Assembly (NCBI GenBank): GCA_038065275.1
Contig: JBBTRH010000009.1
Span: 1 to 50,248, forward strand
Source of the DNA: Patescibacteria group bacterium
GTDB taxonomy: Bacteria > Patescibacteriota > Patescibacteriia > SBBC01 > CAIJZX01
Length of the DNA stretch: 50,248 bases
Reading direction: 5' to 3'
The notes below the pieces were generated by a model, which was not told the origin of the DNA, ran no database searches, and saw only the letters and a list, made by a program, of their open reading frames with translations. The position numbers were made by a program, and so were the translations under genes. The number at the start of each line of letters is the position of its first letter. The first letter of the stretch is position 1. This document shows, one piece after another, positions 16,813 to 26,982 of the stretch.

Positions 16813-16938
16813 GACTCTACCACTGCCAGCCCGCCGTAGCGTCAGTGACGGCGGGAGTCCCGACGCCTCCATTGGAATGTCGGGTCGGGATCCCGATTCC
16901 CGATCGCTAGGCGCATCGGGAATCGGGGCTACCCAGGC
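16813..16938 (-). pseudogene. tRNA-Phe 5' fragment with two D-arm hairpin inserts
   Basis: gcctggg ta gc[71-nt cccgatt...gtcgggac, 16857-16927]tc[ccgccgtcactgacgctacggcgggctggc]agtggta gagt... The insert positions match those in the Ala fragment at 14038. Confidence 0.65.
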
Positions 16939-17042
16939 AAGATTCCTTGAAGCTATCCCACGATATAGCAATCAAAGTTTTTTTTCAAGGCCACCGAATG
17001 AGGCGTCCATGATGGACGCCTCACAACCTCGACTTGAACAAT

Positions 17043-17384
17043 TTACATCGCTGGAGTCACCGGCGCGCTGGGCGCAGTCGGAGTTGCCGGAGTTGCCGGC
17101 GCACCGCTCATTTTCAAAGCGTCTTTTAATGATTTACCAGCCTTGAATTTCGGCACGGTCACGGCCGGGATTTGGATTTTCTCGCCCGGTTTCTGGGGGT
17201 TGACGCCCATCCGCGCTTCGCGCCGCTTGGCCATAAACGTTCCGAAACCGGTCAGGGTCACTTCACTGCCCTCCTTGAGAGTGGAGGTGACGACTTCTTC
17301 AAAGGCGTTCAGCATGTCTTCCGCCTGTTTCTTGGTGACGCCGATTTTTTCGGCGACTTTTTCCGCTAATTCGACTTTGTTCAT
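17043..17384 (-). CDS. hup: HU-family DNA-binding protein with a Pro/Ala/Thr-rich C-terminal tail
   Basis: MNKVELAEKVAEKIGVTKKQAEDMLNAFEEVVTSTLKEGSEVTLTGFGTFMAKRREARMGVNPQKPGEKIQIPA is a canonical HU/IHF fold sequence. Confidence 0.92.
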   Translation of the reverse strand: MNKVELAEKVAEKIGVTKKQAEDMLNAFEEVVTSTLKEGSEVTLTGFGTFMAKRREARMGVNPQKPGEKIQIPAVTVPKFKAGKSLKDALKMSGAPATPATPTAPSAPVTPAM

Positions 17385-17444
17385 TCCTCTCACCTCCCTT
17401 CGTATTTCACGATCCGCCTCAGGCGGAGTCGATCGAGTAAATTA

Positions 17445-18230
17445 TTAAACCGTGACGGTGCGCACAATCGGTTCGATGCGCATGCCGGTGTTGCCATCGA
17501 CATCGAGGAGCACTGCGTTGAATCGGACTAAACCGTAGTCGGGGATTTCATTCGGCGCCGGCCGGCCGGTCAGGAAGCGCTGGAGCGCCAGGTCCTTGTC
17601 GACGCCGAGCGACGAATCGCGGAGGCCGACCATGCCGACGTCGGTGATGTAGGCTGTGCCATGCGGCAGGATTCGCGCGTCGGCGGTGGGGATGTGGGTA
17701 TGCGTGCCGAGCACGGCGGCCACCTTCCCGTCAAGATACCAGCCGAAGTTAACTTTCTCGCTAGTGGCTTCGGCATGGATGTCGACAATGATCGTGTCGG
17801 CCGCTGGATGGTCGCGCCACCAGTGTTCCAGGGCGACAAACGGATTTTCCACACCCTCAAGGGATATCCCGAATTCGCCGATAAAGTTTACCACCAGGAC
17901 CGTTTTTTGGCCAACCGTAAAGGTTTTTTGTCCGACGCCGGGGGTGCCGGCCTGGAAATTCATCGGCCTGACCAGGATGTTCGGTTCGACGGCGTAAAGC
18001 TCATTCGCTTCCGGCTTAGCGAAGGTGTGATTGCCGCCGGTGGCGGCTTGCACGCCGGCCTCGGTCAGATCGCGCAAGGTGCTGGTAGTCAGGCCGGCGC
18101 CGTGAGCGATGTTCTCGACGTTAGCGATCACAAAATCCACCCCAAGCTCCTGTTTCAATCCGGGCAAGAGCTGAGCCACAGCCTTACGACCGGGCTTACC
18201 GACGATATCTCCAATGAATAATATTCTCAC
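17445..18230 (-). CDS. ymdB: YmdB-family metallophosphoesterase (TIGR00282-like)
   Basis: (V)RILFIGDIVGKPGR...VIANVENIAHGAGLT...GGNHTF...THTHIPTAD. A GTG start at 18230 is preferred over the upstream ATG. Confidence 0.85.
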   Translation of the reverse strand: MRILFIGDIVGKPGRKAVAQLLPGLKQELGVDFVIANVENIAHGAGLTTSTLRDLTEAGVQAATGGNHTFAKPEANELYAVEPNILVRPMNFQAGTPGVGQKTFTVGQKTVLVVNFIGEFGISLEGVENPFVALEHWWRDHPAADTIIVDIHAEATSEKVNFGWYLDGKVAAVLGTHTHIPTADARILPHGTAYITDVGMVGLRDSSLGVDKDLALQRFLTGRPAPNEIPDYGLVRFNAVLLDVDGNTGMRIEPIVRTVTV

Positions 18231-18312
18231 AATGTTTGCCCTGACACGCACCCGAACCAAAGCGAGTGGTGCGGGGCGACGATATCGCTGATGAAGAGGA
18301 TCCGGACCCCAA

Positions 18313-18338
18313 CCCCTCCCCTGAATTCAGGGGAGGGG
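18313..18338. repeat. Perfect 26-bp G/C-rich palindrome centred on GAATTC
   Basis: cccctcccctGAATTCaggggagggg sits immediately downstream of rny. Related GAATTC-centred palindromes occur at ~25216-25242 and 38300-38323. Confidence 0.7.
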
Positions 18339-18356
18339 CGCCGGGGTGGGGTGGTA

Positions 18357-19886
18357 TTAACGCGCATACTCGATAATTCGCTTTTCACGAATAATCGTCA
18401 CCTTAATTTCTCCCGGGTACTGCAGTTCAGCTTCAATCTTGGCGGCGACGTCGACGGCCAGCTTGGTAGCGGCGTAGTCATCGATCTCCTCCGGGCGGAC
18501 GAAGACGCGGATCTCGCGGCCGGCCTGGATGGCGAAGGCGCGTTCGACGCCCGGGAAGCCTTTGGCCACCGATTCCAGCTCGTCGAGACGCTGGACGTAA
18601 TTCTCGTAGGTGCCTTTGCGGGCGCCGGGACGGGCACCGGACAAGGCGTCGGCCACTTTGACGATCGCCCCTTCAAGCGTTTTGGGGTGTTCTTCATGGT
18701 GGGCGACCGCGATGTAAGCGATGTCCTCGGAGAGTTTGTACTTCTTCATGATCTCGTACCCGATCTGCGGGTGGCCGCCCTGGACTTCGTGGTCGATCGC
18801 CTTGCCGATGTCGTGGAGCAGGCCGCCCTTTTTCGCCACCGCCACGTTGGCGCCGAGTTCCTCGGCAATCAGCCCGGACAACAGGCCGACTTCAACGGCG
18901 TGGCGGAGTTGGTTCTGGCCGTAGCTGGTCCGGTACTTCAAGCGGCCGAGAATCTGGACCAGCCGCGGATCAAGTCCGGCCACGCCGACTTCATAGGCCG
19001 CTTCCTCACCGGCTTTCTTCATGTCGTTGGCCATCTCTTTCTTGACTTGCTCGACCGTCTCTTCGATTCGGCCAGGGTGGATCCGGCCGTCGCTCATCAG
19101 CTTTTCCAGGACGCGCTTAGCGAGGTGCCGGCGGATGGGGTTAAAACCGGAAATGACGATCGAATCCGGCGTTTCGTCGATCACCAGCTCGACGCCAGTC
19201 AGCGCTTCGAGCGCCTTAATATTCCGACCTTCTTTGCCAATAATCCGCCCTTTCATGTCCTCGCTGGGGAGGTCGACGACGGTGGTGCTCGTTTCCGAGG
19301 CGTGCGATGAGGCGATGCGCTGCATGGCGGTCGAGAGGAGCTTGCGCGCCTCTTTTTCCATCTCCTCATCACCGGTGGCCTGGAGTTTGCGCAAGCGGGC
19401 CAAGAGCTCGTCCTTCATCTTCAGCTCGACGTTGTCCATCAGCACCCGCTTAGCATCATCGGGTGAAAGCTCAGCAATCTTCTGGAGCTTGGCCATCTGG
19501 TCTTCGCGGATTTTCGCCACCTCTGATTTCAGGGACTCCAACTTCGCCGCGCTTTCCGCGGTCTCTTTCTTCTGCTGTTCAATCTCCATCAGCTTCTGAT
19601 CAAACTGCGACTCGCGTTTCTCCAGCCGCTCCTGCAACCGGTTGAGTTCGGTGTGACGGTTGGCTTCCTCGCGCTTGGCATCGTCGATAATCTTAATCGA
19701 CTGATCCTTGGCTTTGAGGAGCAGTTCGCGTTCTTTTGATTTGGCCTCGTCGAGGATGACTTGGGCGCGGGCTTCAGCCGATTCGGCTTCGCGAACGGCC
19801 CAAGCGCGACGGAGAAAATATCCGGCGATGATGCCGGCCGGAATGCCGACCAGCGCGATTAGCGCCCATAATGCGGTAATGGACAT
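18357..19886 (-). CDS. rny: Ribonuclease Y
   Basis: 509 aa with an N-terminal TM segment, a long coiled coil, a KH domain (GRIIGKEGRNIKALE) and an HD domain (LLHDIGKA...HHEEHP). Confidence 0.95.
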   Translation of the reverse strand: MSITALWALIALVGIPAGIIAGYFLRRAWAVREAESAEARAQVILDEAKSKERELLLKAKDQSIKIIDDAKREEANRHTELNRLQERLEKRESQFDQKLMEIEQQKKETAESAAKLESLKSEVAKIREDQMAKLQKIAELSPDDAKRVLMDNVELKMKDELLARLRKLQATGDEEMEKEARKLLSTAMQRIASSHASETSTTVVDLPSEDMKGRIIGKEGRNIKALEALTGVELVIDETPDSIVISGFNPIRRHLAKRVLEKLMSDGRIHPGRIEETVEQVKKEMANDMKKAGEEAAYEVGVAGLDPRLVQILGRLKYRTSYGQNQLRHAVEVGLLSGLIAEELGANVAVAKKGGLLHDIGKAIDHEVQGGHPQIGYEIMKKYKLSEDIAYIAVAHHEEHPKTLEGAIVKVADALSGARPGARKGTYENYVQRLDELESVAKGFPGVERAFAIQAGREIRVFVRPEEIDDYAATKLAVDVAAKIEAELQYPGEIKVTIIREKRIIEYAR

Positions 19887-20110
19887 GGGACAGAGAGGTT
19901 AGGGTGGGTAAAAATCCGCGGACGCGTGAACGGCCGATCTCCACAGTCGACATGGAGAGAAGATTGACCGCGTGTATTGACGGCCTCAGCGGGAAAAACA
20001 TAGACCTGCGCATTCTAGCACAACGGCCATCTGGCGGCAAGAGTTTGCCCCGCCGACATTTGTTTTCCCGGCCTAGCCGCGGATTTAAACCCTGTGATAC
20101 ACTGACCGAT

Positions 20111-23100
20111 ATGAAGCCGTGGCGAATTGTGAGCGTCGCTATCCTCGTGGCGACTTTCGTCGTCATTCGCGGCAGTGCGCCGACTCGGGCCAAGGTGCCG
20201 GCCTGGCAACCGAACGAACACCCGCGGTTGATCGCCAGCCCAGCCGAGCAGGCGGCCATCGTCGCCAAGTTGACGGCGCCAGGCACGCCGTCGAACCTGA
20301 TCTGGTCGTCATTCCTGACCAACAGCTTTAAGAACAACTCTCGGAACTACGCCGACGGCGCGTTCCAGTACTGGGTTACCGGTGACGCGACCATCGGCAA
20401 CCAAGCGGTGGTGGCGGCGGAGTCCTGGATTGACAGTCTTCCGAACGGCATCAACCCGACGGGGAGTTCGTTCAATGATTCGTGGTACAACTACCTCGAC
20501 CTGTTGTTGACCTATGATTTTACCTACGACCTAATCGCGGCCCAAGGCAAAAAAACCAAGTTCATCGAATACATCGCCCGGCAAGGCGCGGAGTGCGACG
20601 CGGCGGGGCCGGGATACGCGCCGGGAAACATGAACACGCTTTGGATGTACTGCGAATATGCCAGCGCCATGCTCCTCGAAGGCGAGAACATCTCGATCAA
20701 CGCGGTCGATGAACCGGTATCACACGGCTTACCGAACAGCGCCCAGCCGTTGTCGTACGTCATCAATGACAGTAATTTCAAGATCACCAACGCTCCGGGT
20801 CAAGCCATGGCTGACTACACCGAGAACGTCGACTACGTCTACCGCTACGTTTCGGGTTGCGGCGCGCGGTGTATCGACTGGAGCCCGACCGGGACCGGGA
20901 CGAAAGAACCGGCGACGGGCAGTATCTACTACGTGACGTACGCTTTTACTCCCCAGGTCGCTAACTGGAAAAGCTCGGCCCGTTCAGCCATCGAGTATCA
21001 CCTGAACTACCAGTGGCACGACGGCTACTACCAGGGCGGGCTCAATCCCTACGGCAGTCTGGTGACCGAAGAGTTGCCGGTGTTCATCGAAATGCTCCGC
21101 CGCGACACCGGCCTTGATTACAGCCAAAACTTCGATGTCAAGCGCATCGTCGACATGTACATGTATTCGAAATTGCCGAGCACCAATACCGGCGTGCCGC
21201 GGCGGTTCAACACGATCAACGACACCGGCGGTTGGACCAACTACGACGCCGACGCTTGGAGCTACCCTTCGCCGACGTTTCCCAACTACAAGTCGTGGTT
21301 GCGGCCGTTTGTTGCCTGGAGCACAAGCGCGTACGCCAATGACCCGGACGGATACGGCCAGCGTTATGCCTGGCTTTGGACGCAAGCCTACCGGAACCCT
21401 GACGGTACCATCAGGTACACCCCCGTGCCGGACTGGCGCGAGGCGCTGTGGATCAACGATGCCGTCCTAGCGCCGTACATCAACACGACGGCCGCCCCGT
21501 CGGCATCGTGGCCGACCGTCCGGTACTTCCGCGGGAAAGAAATCATCTACGCACGCACGGACGGTTGGAATACGCCGGACCCGAATGCCACGCTGATGTC
21601 GGTCGTCGCCGGAAACCATAACTACCAGAACGAACACGACCAGGGCGACGCCGGTTCCTTCACTTTCTTCAGCGCCGGCGACGACTGGGCAATCGACCCC
21701 GGCTACGGCGACGCGGACACCGGCGACGGACTTAACCTCTACGACCACAACAGCGTCGGCATTGACGGCGGCGGGTACAACATCAGCGGCGCCTACAGCG
21801 TCCCCGCCGCCACGGCCAACTTCGGCGGCTTCGCCCACTTTGATGATGTGGCGCTCTCAGCCGGCGCCTCGACCGCAATCGCCAACCTGACGAATGCCTG
21901 GACCTTGACCGCGACTCCCTACGTGCAACGCGACCTCCGGTACACGACGATGATCAGCGGGGCCGAGCGACCGTACCTGATCGTGGCCGACGACATTCAG
22001 AAAGACAGCAGTACGCACAGCTACGAATGGTACCTGCACACGGGCATCGGCAACACCGCCAGCATCAGCGGAAACCGGGCGACGATTACGGGCGGGCGCG
22101 CCGGCGCCGCCATGGACCTGTACTCGCTCGGTCCTGAATCCGTTACAATCACGAGCGCGGACTCTTACGTGGGCAACCTCGGAACGCACAAGCGCCTCGT
22201 GGTCAAAGCGTCGGGCGTACAGCAGGCCCGATTCCTGCATCTCCTCATCCCCGGTAGTCCGGGTGCCGTTAAACCGACTATCACGAATAGCGCGGTTATC
22301 GGCGGGACGCAGGCGGTGGTCAGCTGGCCCGACGGCACCGCCGATACGGTTCTCTGGCGCTACACCGGATCTTCGATCACCAGTACGAACGGCATCGACT
22401 CGGACGCAAAGCTCACGGTCGTCCGGAGCTCCGGCAGTTCGACGACGGGACTCGTGGCGGTGGCTGGCCGAAGCGTCCAGCGGGACAGCGCGCCGCTCCT
22501 CTCCGTCGCGGATGGCAGTGCGCCGGTCACGGTCAGCGCGTTCGGCGCAACAGCCGCGCTCTACGCGACCGATGCGGCGGTCATCCGTCTGGCGCTACCC
22601 TTTGTCACGGCCGCCACGGTCGAGGACGGCGCCGTTTCGATCCCGGTCTACAACGACGGTACCGCCGCCTTCATCAACGCCGGACTGCCGCTGGCCGAGG
22701 TTCGACGCGGCAACGGCGTTCGTTTTGCTCAGGACTTCAACAACAGCTACGTCGGCGACCTGTTCCGCTTCAACCTTTCGCGCCATCCGGCCGAGCAGTT
22801 CGGCGTCGTCAACGGCGCGCTGGAGTTGCGGGAAACGCCGTCCGAATGGCCGAGTTTTTCCAAGCGCGACAGTACGCCGTGGCGGCGGACGGGAATTTTC
22901 CCGACTGTCATTCCCCCGCTTGATCACGCGGACGCAAACTTTGCGTGGCGGTTCAAATTCTCCGACGGCAACGCACAAACGAAAAAATTCAGCGCTTATT
23001 TCCGCGTGCGCGACCGCAATCCGGTTGACTGGATCACTAATCAGGACTACGTCCGCGTCGAGTTCAACGCCATGGAGTCCAATACCGCCAAAAACCAGGT

Positions 23101-23725
23101 TACGGTGGGTCAACGAATTAACGGTGCCTGGGCGGCTATTTCAGACAACGACGTGCTGACCGCATCGCTCCCCTCGGTATCGCCGGCGCTCAATGATACA
23201 AACTGGCACACGGCCAACGTCAAGCTGCTAGGCAACGACGTGACGGTAACGGTTGACGGCGTCACGGCGATCGCCGGTACGTTGCCCACCGCGATCCCCA
23301 CCGCCCCGGCGTCCGGGTACACCCAGTGGAAAGTTACCGGCCAGTCGTCGGTGCTTCTCGATGACGTATTGGTCACTGCGATTGATCGCACTCCGCCGGT
23401 CGCTCCAACCAGCGGCGACCTCCGCATTGCCCCCGGCGGCGCGGGAACCGTGACCCTCACGTACGGACACGGCAACTCGACCGATGCGCAGGGGATCACC
23501 CTGTATGAAAGTGCCACGCCTATCCAGCCAGCCGATAACCCCGTCGGACTGCCGGTGGTTGGTAGTTCCACTTCGTCGTTCTCAACGCTGACATTCTCCG
23601 GCGCCGACCGGACGAAGTACCACGCCCTAACTGTCACCGACCCGAGCGGTAATCGAAGCCAGCTTCTTCCCCTGACCGTCGATCTGACACCGCCGTCGAT
23701 GGTGAGTGACCTCCAGGCGCAGTGA
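20111..23725 (+). CDS. Large secreted protein with heparinase II/III-like (polysaccharide lyase) core and C-terminal lectin/FN3-like modules
   Basis: ORF 19904..23725. The start at 20111 (MKPWRIVSVAILVATFVVIRG) gives a signal-like N-terminus and avoids overlapping rny. NHNYQNEHDQGDAGSFTFFSAGDDWAIDPGYG resembles the heparinase II/III C-terminal motif. Confidence 0.7.
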   Translation: MKPWRIVSVAILVATFVVIRGSAPTRAKVPAWQPNEHPRLIASPAEQAAIVAKLTAPGTPSNLIWSSFLTNSFKNNSRNYADGAFQYWVTGDATIGNQAVVAAESWIDSLPNGINPTGSSFNDSWYNYLDLLLTYDFTYDLIAAQGKKTKFIEYIARQGAECDAAGPGYAPGNMNTLWMYCEYASAMLLEGENISINAVDEPVSHGLPNSAQPLSYVINDSNFKITNAPGQAMADYTENVDYVYRYVSGCGARCIDWSPTGTGTKEPATGSIYYVTYAFTPQVANWKSSARSAIEYHLNYQWHDGYYQGGLNPYGSLVTEELPVFIEMLRRDTGLDYSQNFDVKRIVDMYMYSKLPSTNTGVPRRFNTINDTGGWTNYDADAWSYPSPTFPNYKSWLRPFVAWSTSAYANDPDGYGQRYAWLWTQAYRNPDGTIRYTPVPDWREALWINDAVLAPYINTTAAPSASWPTVRYFRGKEIIYARTDGWNTPDPNATLMSVVAGNHNYQNEHDQGDAGSFTFFSAGDDWAIDPGYGDADTGDGLNLYDHNSVGIDGGGYNISGAYSVPAATANFGGFAHFDDVALSAGASTAIANLTNAWTLTATPYVQRDLRYTTMISGAERPYLIVADDIQKDSSTHSYEWYLHTGIGNTASISGNRATITGGRAGAAMDLYSLGPESVTITSADSYVGNLGTHKRLVVKASGVQQARFLHLLIPGSPGAVKPTITNSAVIGGTQAVVSWPDGTADTVLWRYTGSSITSTNGIDSDAKLTVVRSSGSSTTGLVAVAGRSVQRDSAPLLSVADGSAPVTVSAFGATAALYATDAAVIRLALPFVTAATVEDGAVSIPVYNDGTAAFINAGLPLAEVRRGNGVRFAQDFNNSYVGDLFRFNLSRHPAEQFGVVNGALELRETPSEWPSFSKRDSTPWRRTGIFPTVIPPLDHADANFAWRFKFSDGNAQTKKFSAYFRVRDRNPVDWITNQDYVRVEFNAMESNTAKNQVTVGQRINGAWAAISDNDVLTASLPSVSPALNDTNWHTANVKLLGNDVTVTVDGVTAIAGTLPTAIPTAPASGYTQWKVTGQSSVLLDDVLVTAIDRTPPVAPTSGDLRIAPGGAGTVTLTYGHGNSTDAQGITLYESATPIQPADNPVGLPVVGSSTSSFSTLTFSGADRTKYHALTVTDPSGNRSQLLPLTVDLTPPSMVSDLQAQ

Positions 23726-23818
23726 CGCGGCTGATCGGCTTATGGCCGCGTGCTCTGGCGGGAAGAAAAGACGCCCGTGGGGTGAACCCGACGGGCGCGG
23801 TGAAAAAGGAAGGTACGG

Positions 23819-24109
23819 CTACGCGTAGTACTGGTGAGCGCTCCGGAGAGCATCGAGAATCTCCGGACGATCCGCGGCGGGCTTCGTCAGGGTCATGACG
23901 ACCCCCTGAAGCTCGTTGCGGATATTCTGGCGCTCGGCGACCGTGAGCCTCGGACGCAAGGCCTTAAGCTGATCGGCCTCCCGCAGAAGCTCGGCCTCGG
24001 TCACCTGCCGGTCGGACGGAGTCCGAGCCCGCAGGCACTTCACCGCCGCGAACTGCAACACGGCGGCCGGTGTGGCCGGAATGTAACCGACTGCTACCCC
24101 AGTTTCCAT
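23819..24109 (-). CDS. Hypothetical protein (96 aa)
   Basis: ORF 23819..24301. The start METGVAVGY at 24109 follows a GAGAGG-like RBS. The upstream part looks non-coding. Confidence 0.4.
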   Translation of the reverse strand: METGVAVGYIPATPAAVLQFAAVKCLRARTPSDRQVTEAELLREADQLKALRPRLTVAERQNIRNELQGVVMTLTKPAADRPEILDALRSAHQYYA

Positions 24110-24564
24110 CGTGGAAACCTCTCTTTTGCCCCACGCAAGCGGGGCACCCGGTTCATGCATCGTGAACGATGACGGAGGGCGGTTGAGCCGCAATGGTTGG
24201 ACCGAAGGCTTGGCCCCCTTCTTGGTTGAGGTGTGGTGGTGAAACGAACGTGCTGATAGAGGAGGAGTGGGTTCACGTACAGCGTGGCCGCTACGCTGCA
24301 ACCCTTCGGGCAGACCGACAGGGGTTTAGCCCTGCTTGCGTGAGGTCTCGTGGCCCACTCCGAAAACTCGAAGAACAGCGAAGCACTGCCCATTGGTGTA
24401 CCCCACCGCTGAATGGTTGTCAAGCGGCCGGGCAGAAAGCCCATGTCTTAGCGGTAATGTGATCCACTAATCCTACCCCCCGCACCACTCTCTCGCCCGC
24501 CTTGCTCGCTCGGGTGCGGGGTACTGGCGATCTTCACTTATCACGCCAGTGGCTCCGGGAACAG

Positions 24565-25161
24565 TTATTTCTTGGTAATAACCTGATCGATCAACCCGTA
24601 CTTTTTCGCCTCCTCGGCGGTCATGAAAAAGTCACGGTCCGAGTCTTTTTCGATGGTCTTGAGCGGCTGGCCGGTGTGCTTAGCCAGGATGGCGTTCAGC
24701 CGGTCTTTGATTTTCAAGATATGCTCGGCGCGGATTTTAATGTCCGTGGCCTGGCCTTCGGCCCCGCCCATGACCTGGTGGATCATAATTTCGGCGTTCG
24801 GCAGGACGAGGCGCTTGCCCGGTGCGCCGGCGGCCAGCAACACCGCGCCCATTGAGGATGCCATGCCGACGCAAATCGTCGAGACGTCCGGCTTGACGAA
24901 CTGCATGGTGTCGTAGATGGCCAGGCCGGCGCTGACCGATCCGCCCGGCGTGTTGATGTAGAGCTTAATGTCTTTTGTTTTGTCCTCGCTGTCGAGGAAC
25001 AGAAGCTGGGCGATGATGACGTTGGCCATGTGGTCATCGATCGTGTCGCCGGCGAAGATGATGCGCTCCTTCAGCAGGCGCGAGTAAATATCAAAGGCCC
25101 GTTCGCCGTAGCCGGTTTTCTCGATGACGGTCGGGATAAGGAATTGGTTGGTGGGGTTCAT
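24565..25161 (-). CDS. clpP: ATP-dependent Clp protease proteolytic subunit
   Basis: 198 aa. [11 protein letters not shown]...[20 protein letters not shown]...[11 protein letters not shown]...IMIHQ shows the Ser-His-Asp ClpP signature. Confidence 0.96.
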   Translation of the reverse strand: MNPTNQFLIPTVIEKTGYGERAFDIYSRLLKERIIFAGDTIDDHMANVIIAQLLFLDSEDKTKDIKLYINTPGGSVSAGLAIYDTMQFVKPDVSTICVGMASSMGAVLLAAGAPGKRLVLPNAEIMIHQVMGGAEGQATDIKIRAEHILKIKDRLNAILAKHTGQPLKTIEKDSDRDFFMTAEEAKKYGLIDQVITKK

Positions 25162-25252
25162 AATGCGGTGATGCTAGCAAAAGATGCGAGCTTTGGCTAG
25201 AGGGCGGCGGGTTTTCCCCACCCCCCCGAATTCGGGAGGGGGCGACGGAGCG

Positions 25253-26254
25253 CTAGCGGAGTGGGGGCGGGGATTCAACCCTCCACCCCCTCTGCGTCTT
25301 TACTAACTTCCCCCTCACCTGAAATCCCGCCGCCTTCGGGTGGCCGCCGCCGCCGAATTGTTTGGCCATCTCGGCCACGTTGACGTTCGAGGTGGTGCGG
25401 AAACTCCCCTTGATCATCCCCCCCGACTCTTCCTGCAATACCAGCGCGACCTTGCCTTCGCTCAAGCTGTTGAGGAAGTTGGAAATGCCGGTGGTCGCTT
25501 CCCCGTCAACCCCGCAGTCTTCGAGATCCTGGAGCGTGACCACCGTGGACACGACCCCCGTCGCTTTGTTCAGGTTCAGCCGCGATAAGGCTCGTCCCCA
25601 GAGCTGTAGCGTGCCGATCGACTTGTTGCGCCTGGTGGCCTCGGTAATCGTGCGGTGGTCGGCACCCTTGGCCAGTAATTCGGCCGCGATTCCCATCGCT
25701 TCTTGGGTGGTGCCGAGGTTGGAAAAATGGCCGGTGTCGGTCAGAATACCGGTCAGGAGACTGGTGGCCACGCGGTGGTTGAGCGGCACCCGCAGGTGCC
25801 GCAACAGGCGGTGCATCATCTGCGTGGTCGAGCTGGCGTTGGTGTCGACGTGTGAGTGATCGACGGCGCGCTGTCCGCGGTGGTCAATCGTGGTCGGGTG
25901 GTGATCGATGTTGACGACGATGGTCTTGGCCGGATCGCGCTTGATCAACTCGTCGGCCAGCGGCGTCCGCTTGATGTCGCCGGTATCGAAGATGATGACC
26001 AGGTCGTAACTATGCACCGCCGCTTCCATCTCGCGCATGATGCGATAGTCCTTCGTCAGGTAGTCAAACATCGGCGGAATCGGGTCGGGCGAATAGCAAA
26101 AACAGGTTTTCCCGTAGTGATGCACCACGTGGCACATGGCCAGCAACGCGCCTACGCTGTCCCCGTCCGGGCCGGTGGTCATGGTCAGGAGGATATGCTG
26201 GCTCCGTTTGAGCAAACGGTCAAGTGTTTGAGCGAATTGGGTGTCGGTGGCCAT
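25253..26254 (-). CDS. nrnA: DHH/DHHA1 phosphoesterase (NrnA-like oligoribonuclease / pAp phosphatase)
   Basis: ORF 25253..26398 with likely start MATDTQFAQ at 26254. Motifs are DGDSVGA, FDTGD, NIDHHPT and GGGHPKAAG. Confidence 0.85.
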   Translation of the reverse strand: MATDTQFAQTLDRLLKRSQHILLTMTTGPDGDSVGALLAMCHVVHHYGKTCFCYSPDPIPPMFDYLTKDYRIMREMEAAVHSYDLVIIFDTGDIKRTPLADELIKRDPAKTIVVNIDHHPTTIDHRGQRAVDHSHVDTNASSTTQMMHRLLRHLRVPLNHRVATSLLTGILTDTGHFSNLGTTQEAMGIAAELLAKGADHRTITEATRRNKSIGTLQLWGRALSRLNLNKATGVVSTVVTLQDLEDCGVDGEATTGISNFLNSLSEGKVALVLQEESGGMIKGSFRTTSNVNVAEMAKQFGGGGHPKAAGFQVRGKLVKTQRGWRVESPPPLR

Positions 26255-26505
26255 GGGTAAAGTAAAGCCAGCTACTTTAACGTGCATTAGCTTACCGGTC
26301 AAGGCCAAATACCCAAGACGACCTCCCCGCCAAAAAACACCGCTCAACCACCCTTTTTCGTTTGTCGGTTGGTAGCAGTCATCGTTTTCAATACGCACCC
26401 CTCCTTAGGAAGGAGGGGTGTTTAATAGTGTTCCGATCACCAAGGAATTACTGAGGGTTGCCCTGTCCTGTAAAACATCGCCTGACCGGGGGGAGGTCGG
26501 CGTTT

Positions 26506-26982
26506 TTACGGCAACTGCGGCGTTGTCGGAGTTGTTTCGGAGACCTGTTTTCCGGCGTAGCCGGATCCGGCTCCGCCGGACTTCGCTTCCCGCTCAAGCC
26601 GTTCCGTCTCAACACGGTCGGCATCAAGGCCGAGGCCCAGACCATTGTCCGCCGCGACCGTGTCCAGGACTTTTGTTATCACCGCCGCTCGTTCGCCGGA
26701 TTCGTCAATCAGGAAAGTCAATTTGGGGACGAACTTCATGACTAACTTTTTGTTAAGCACCGACTGGACATCGCTTATCCGAGAGGTGAGTGAGTCGAGA
26801 ACGTCCTGCTGGTGGAGCGCCGGCAGGACCGAAATCCACACCTTGGCGCTGGCCGCGTCGTCAGCCACGTCGACTTTGCTGACCGTCACGAACGTCCCGC
26901 TGGGGAACTCAATCTCGCGGCTAATGATGGTCGCTACTTCCCGTAGCAACAGGGAGTTCAATTGCTCAACTCGCTGGCCCAT
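26506..26982 (-). CDS. rbfA: Ribosome-binding factor A with C-terminal extension
   Basis: MGQRVEQLNSLLLREVATIISREIEFPSGTFVTVSKVDVADDAASAKVWISVLP. It overlaps the end of infB, as in typical infB-rbfA operons. Confidence 0.88.
   Translation of the reverse strand: MGQRVEQLNSLLLREVATIISREIEFPSGTFVTVSKVDVADDAASAKVWISVLPALHQQDVLDSLTSRISDVQSVLNKKLVMKFVPKLTFLIDESGERAAVITKVLDTVAADNGLGLGLDADRVETERLEREAKSGGAGSGYAGKQVSETTPTTPQLP

Noticed and set aside
18291-19310. 339-aa plus-strand ORF and several other long ORFs antisense to rny, ftsH, infB, gdhA, the TrmB gene and the two giant proteins.
   Set aside because: They overlap well-supported genes on the opposite strand. They have Arg/Ala/Gly/Pro-rich, low-complexity compositions typical of antisense frames in GC-rich DNA.
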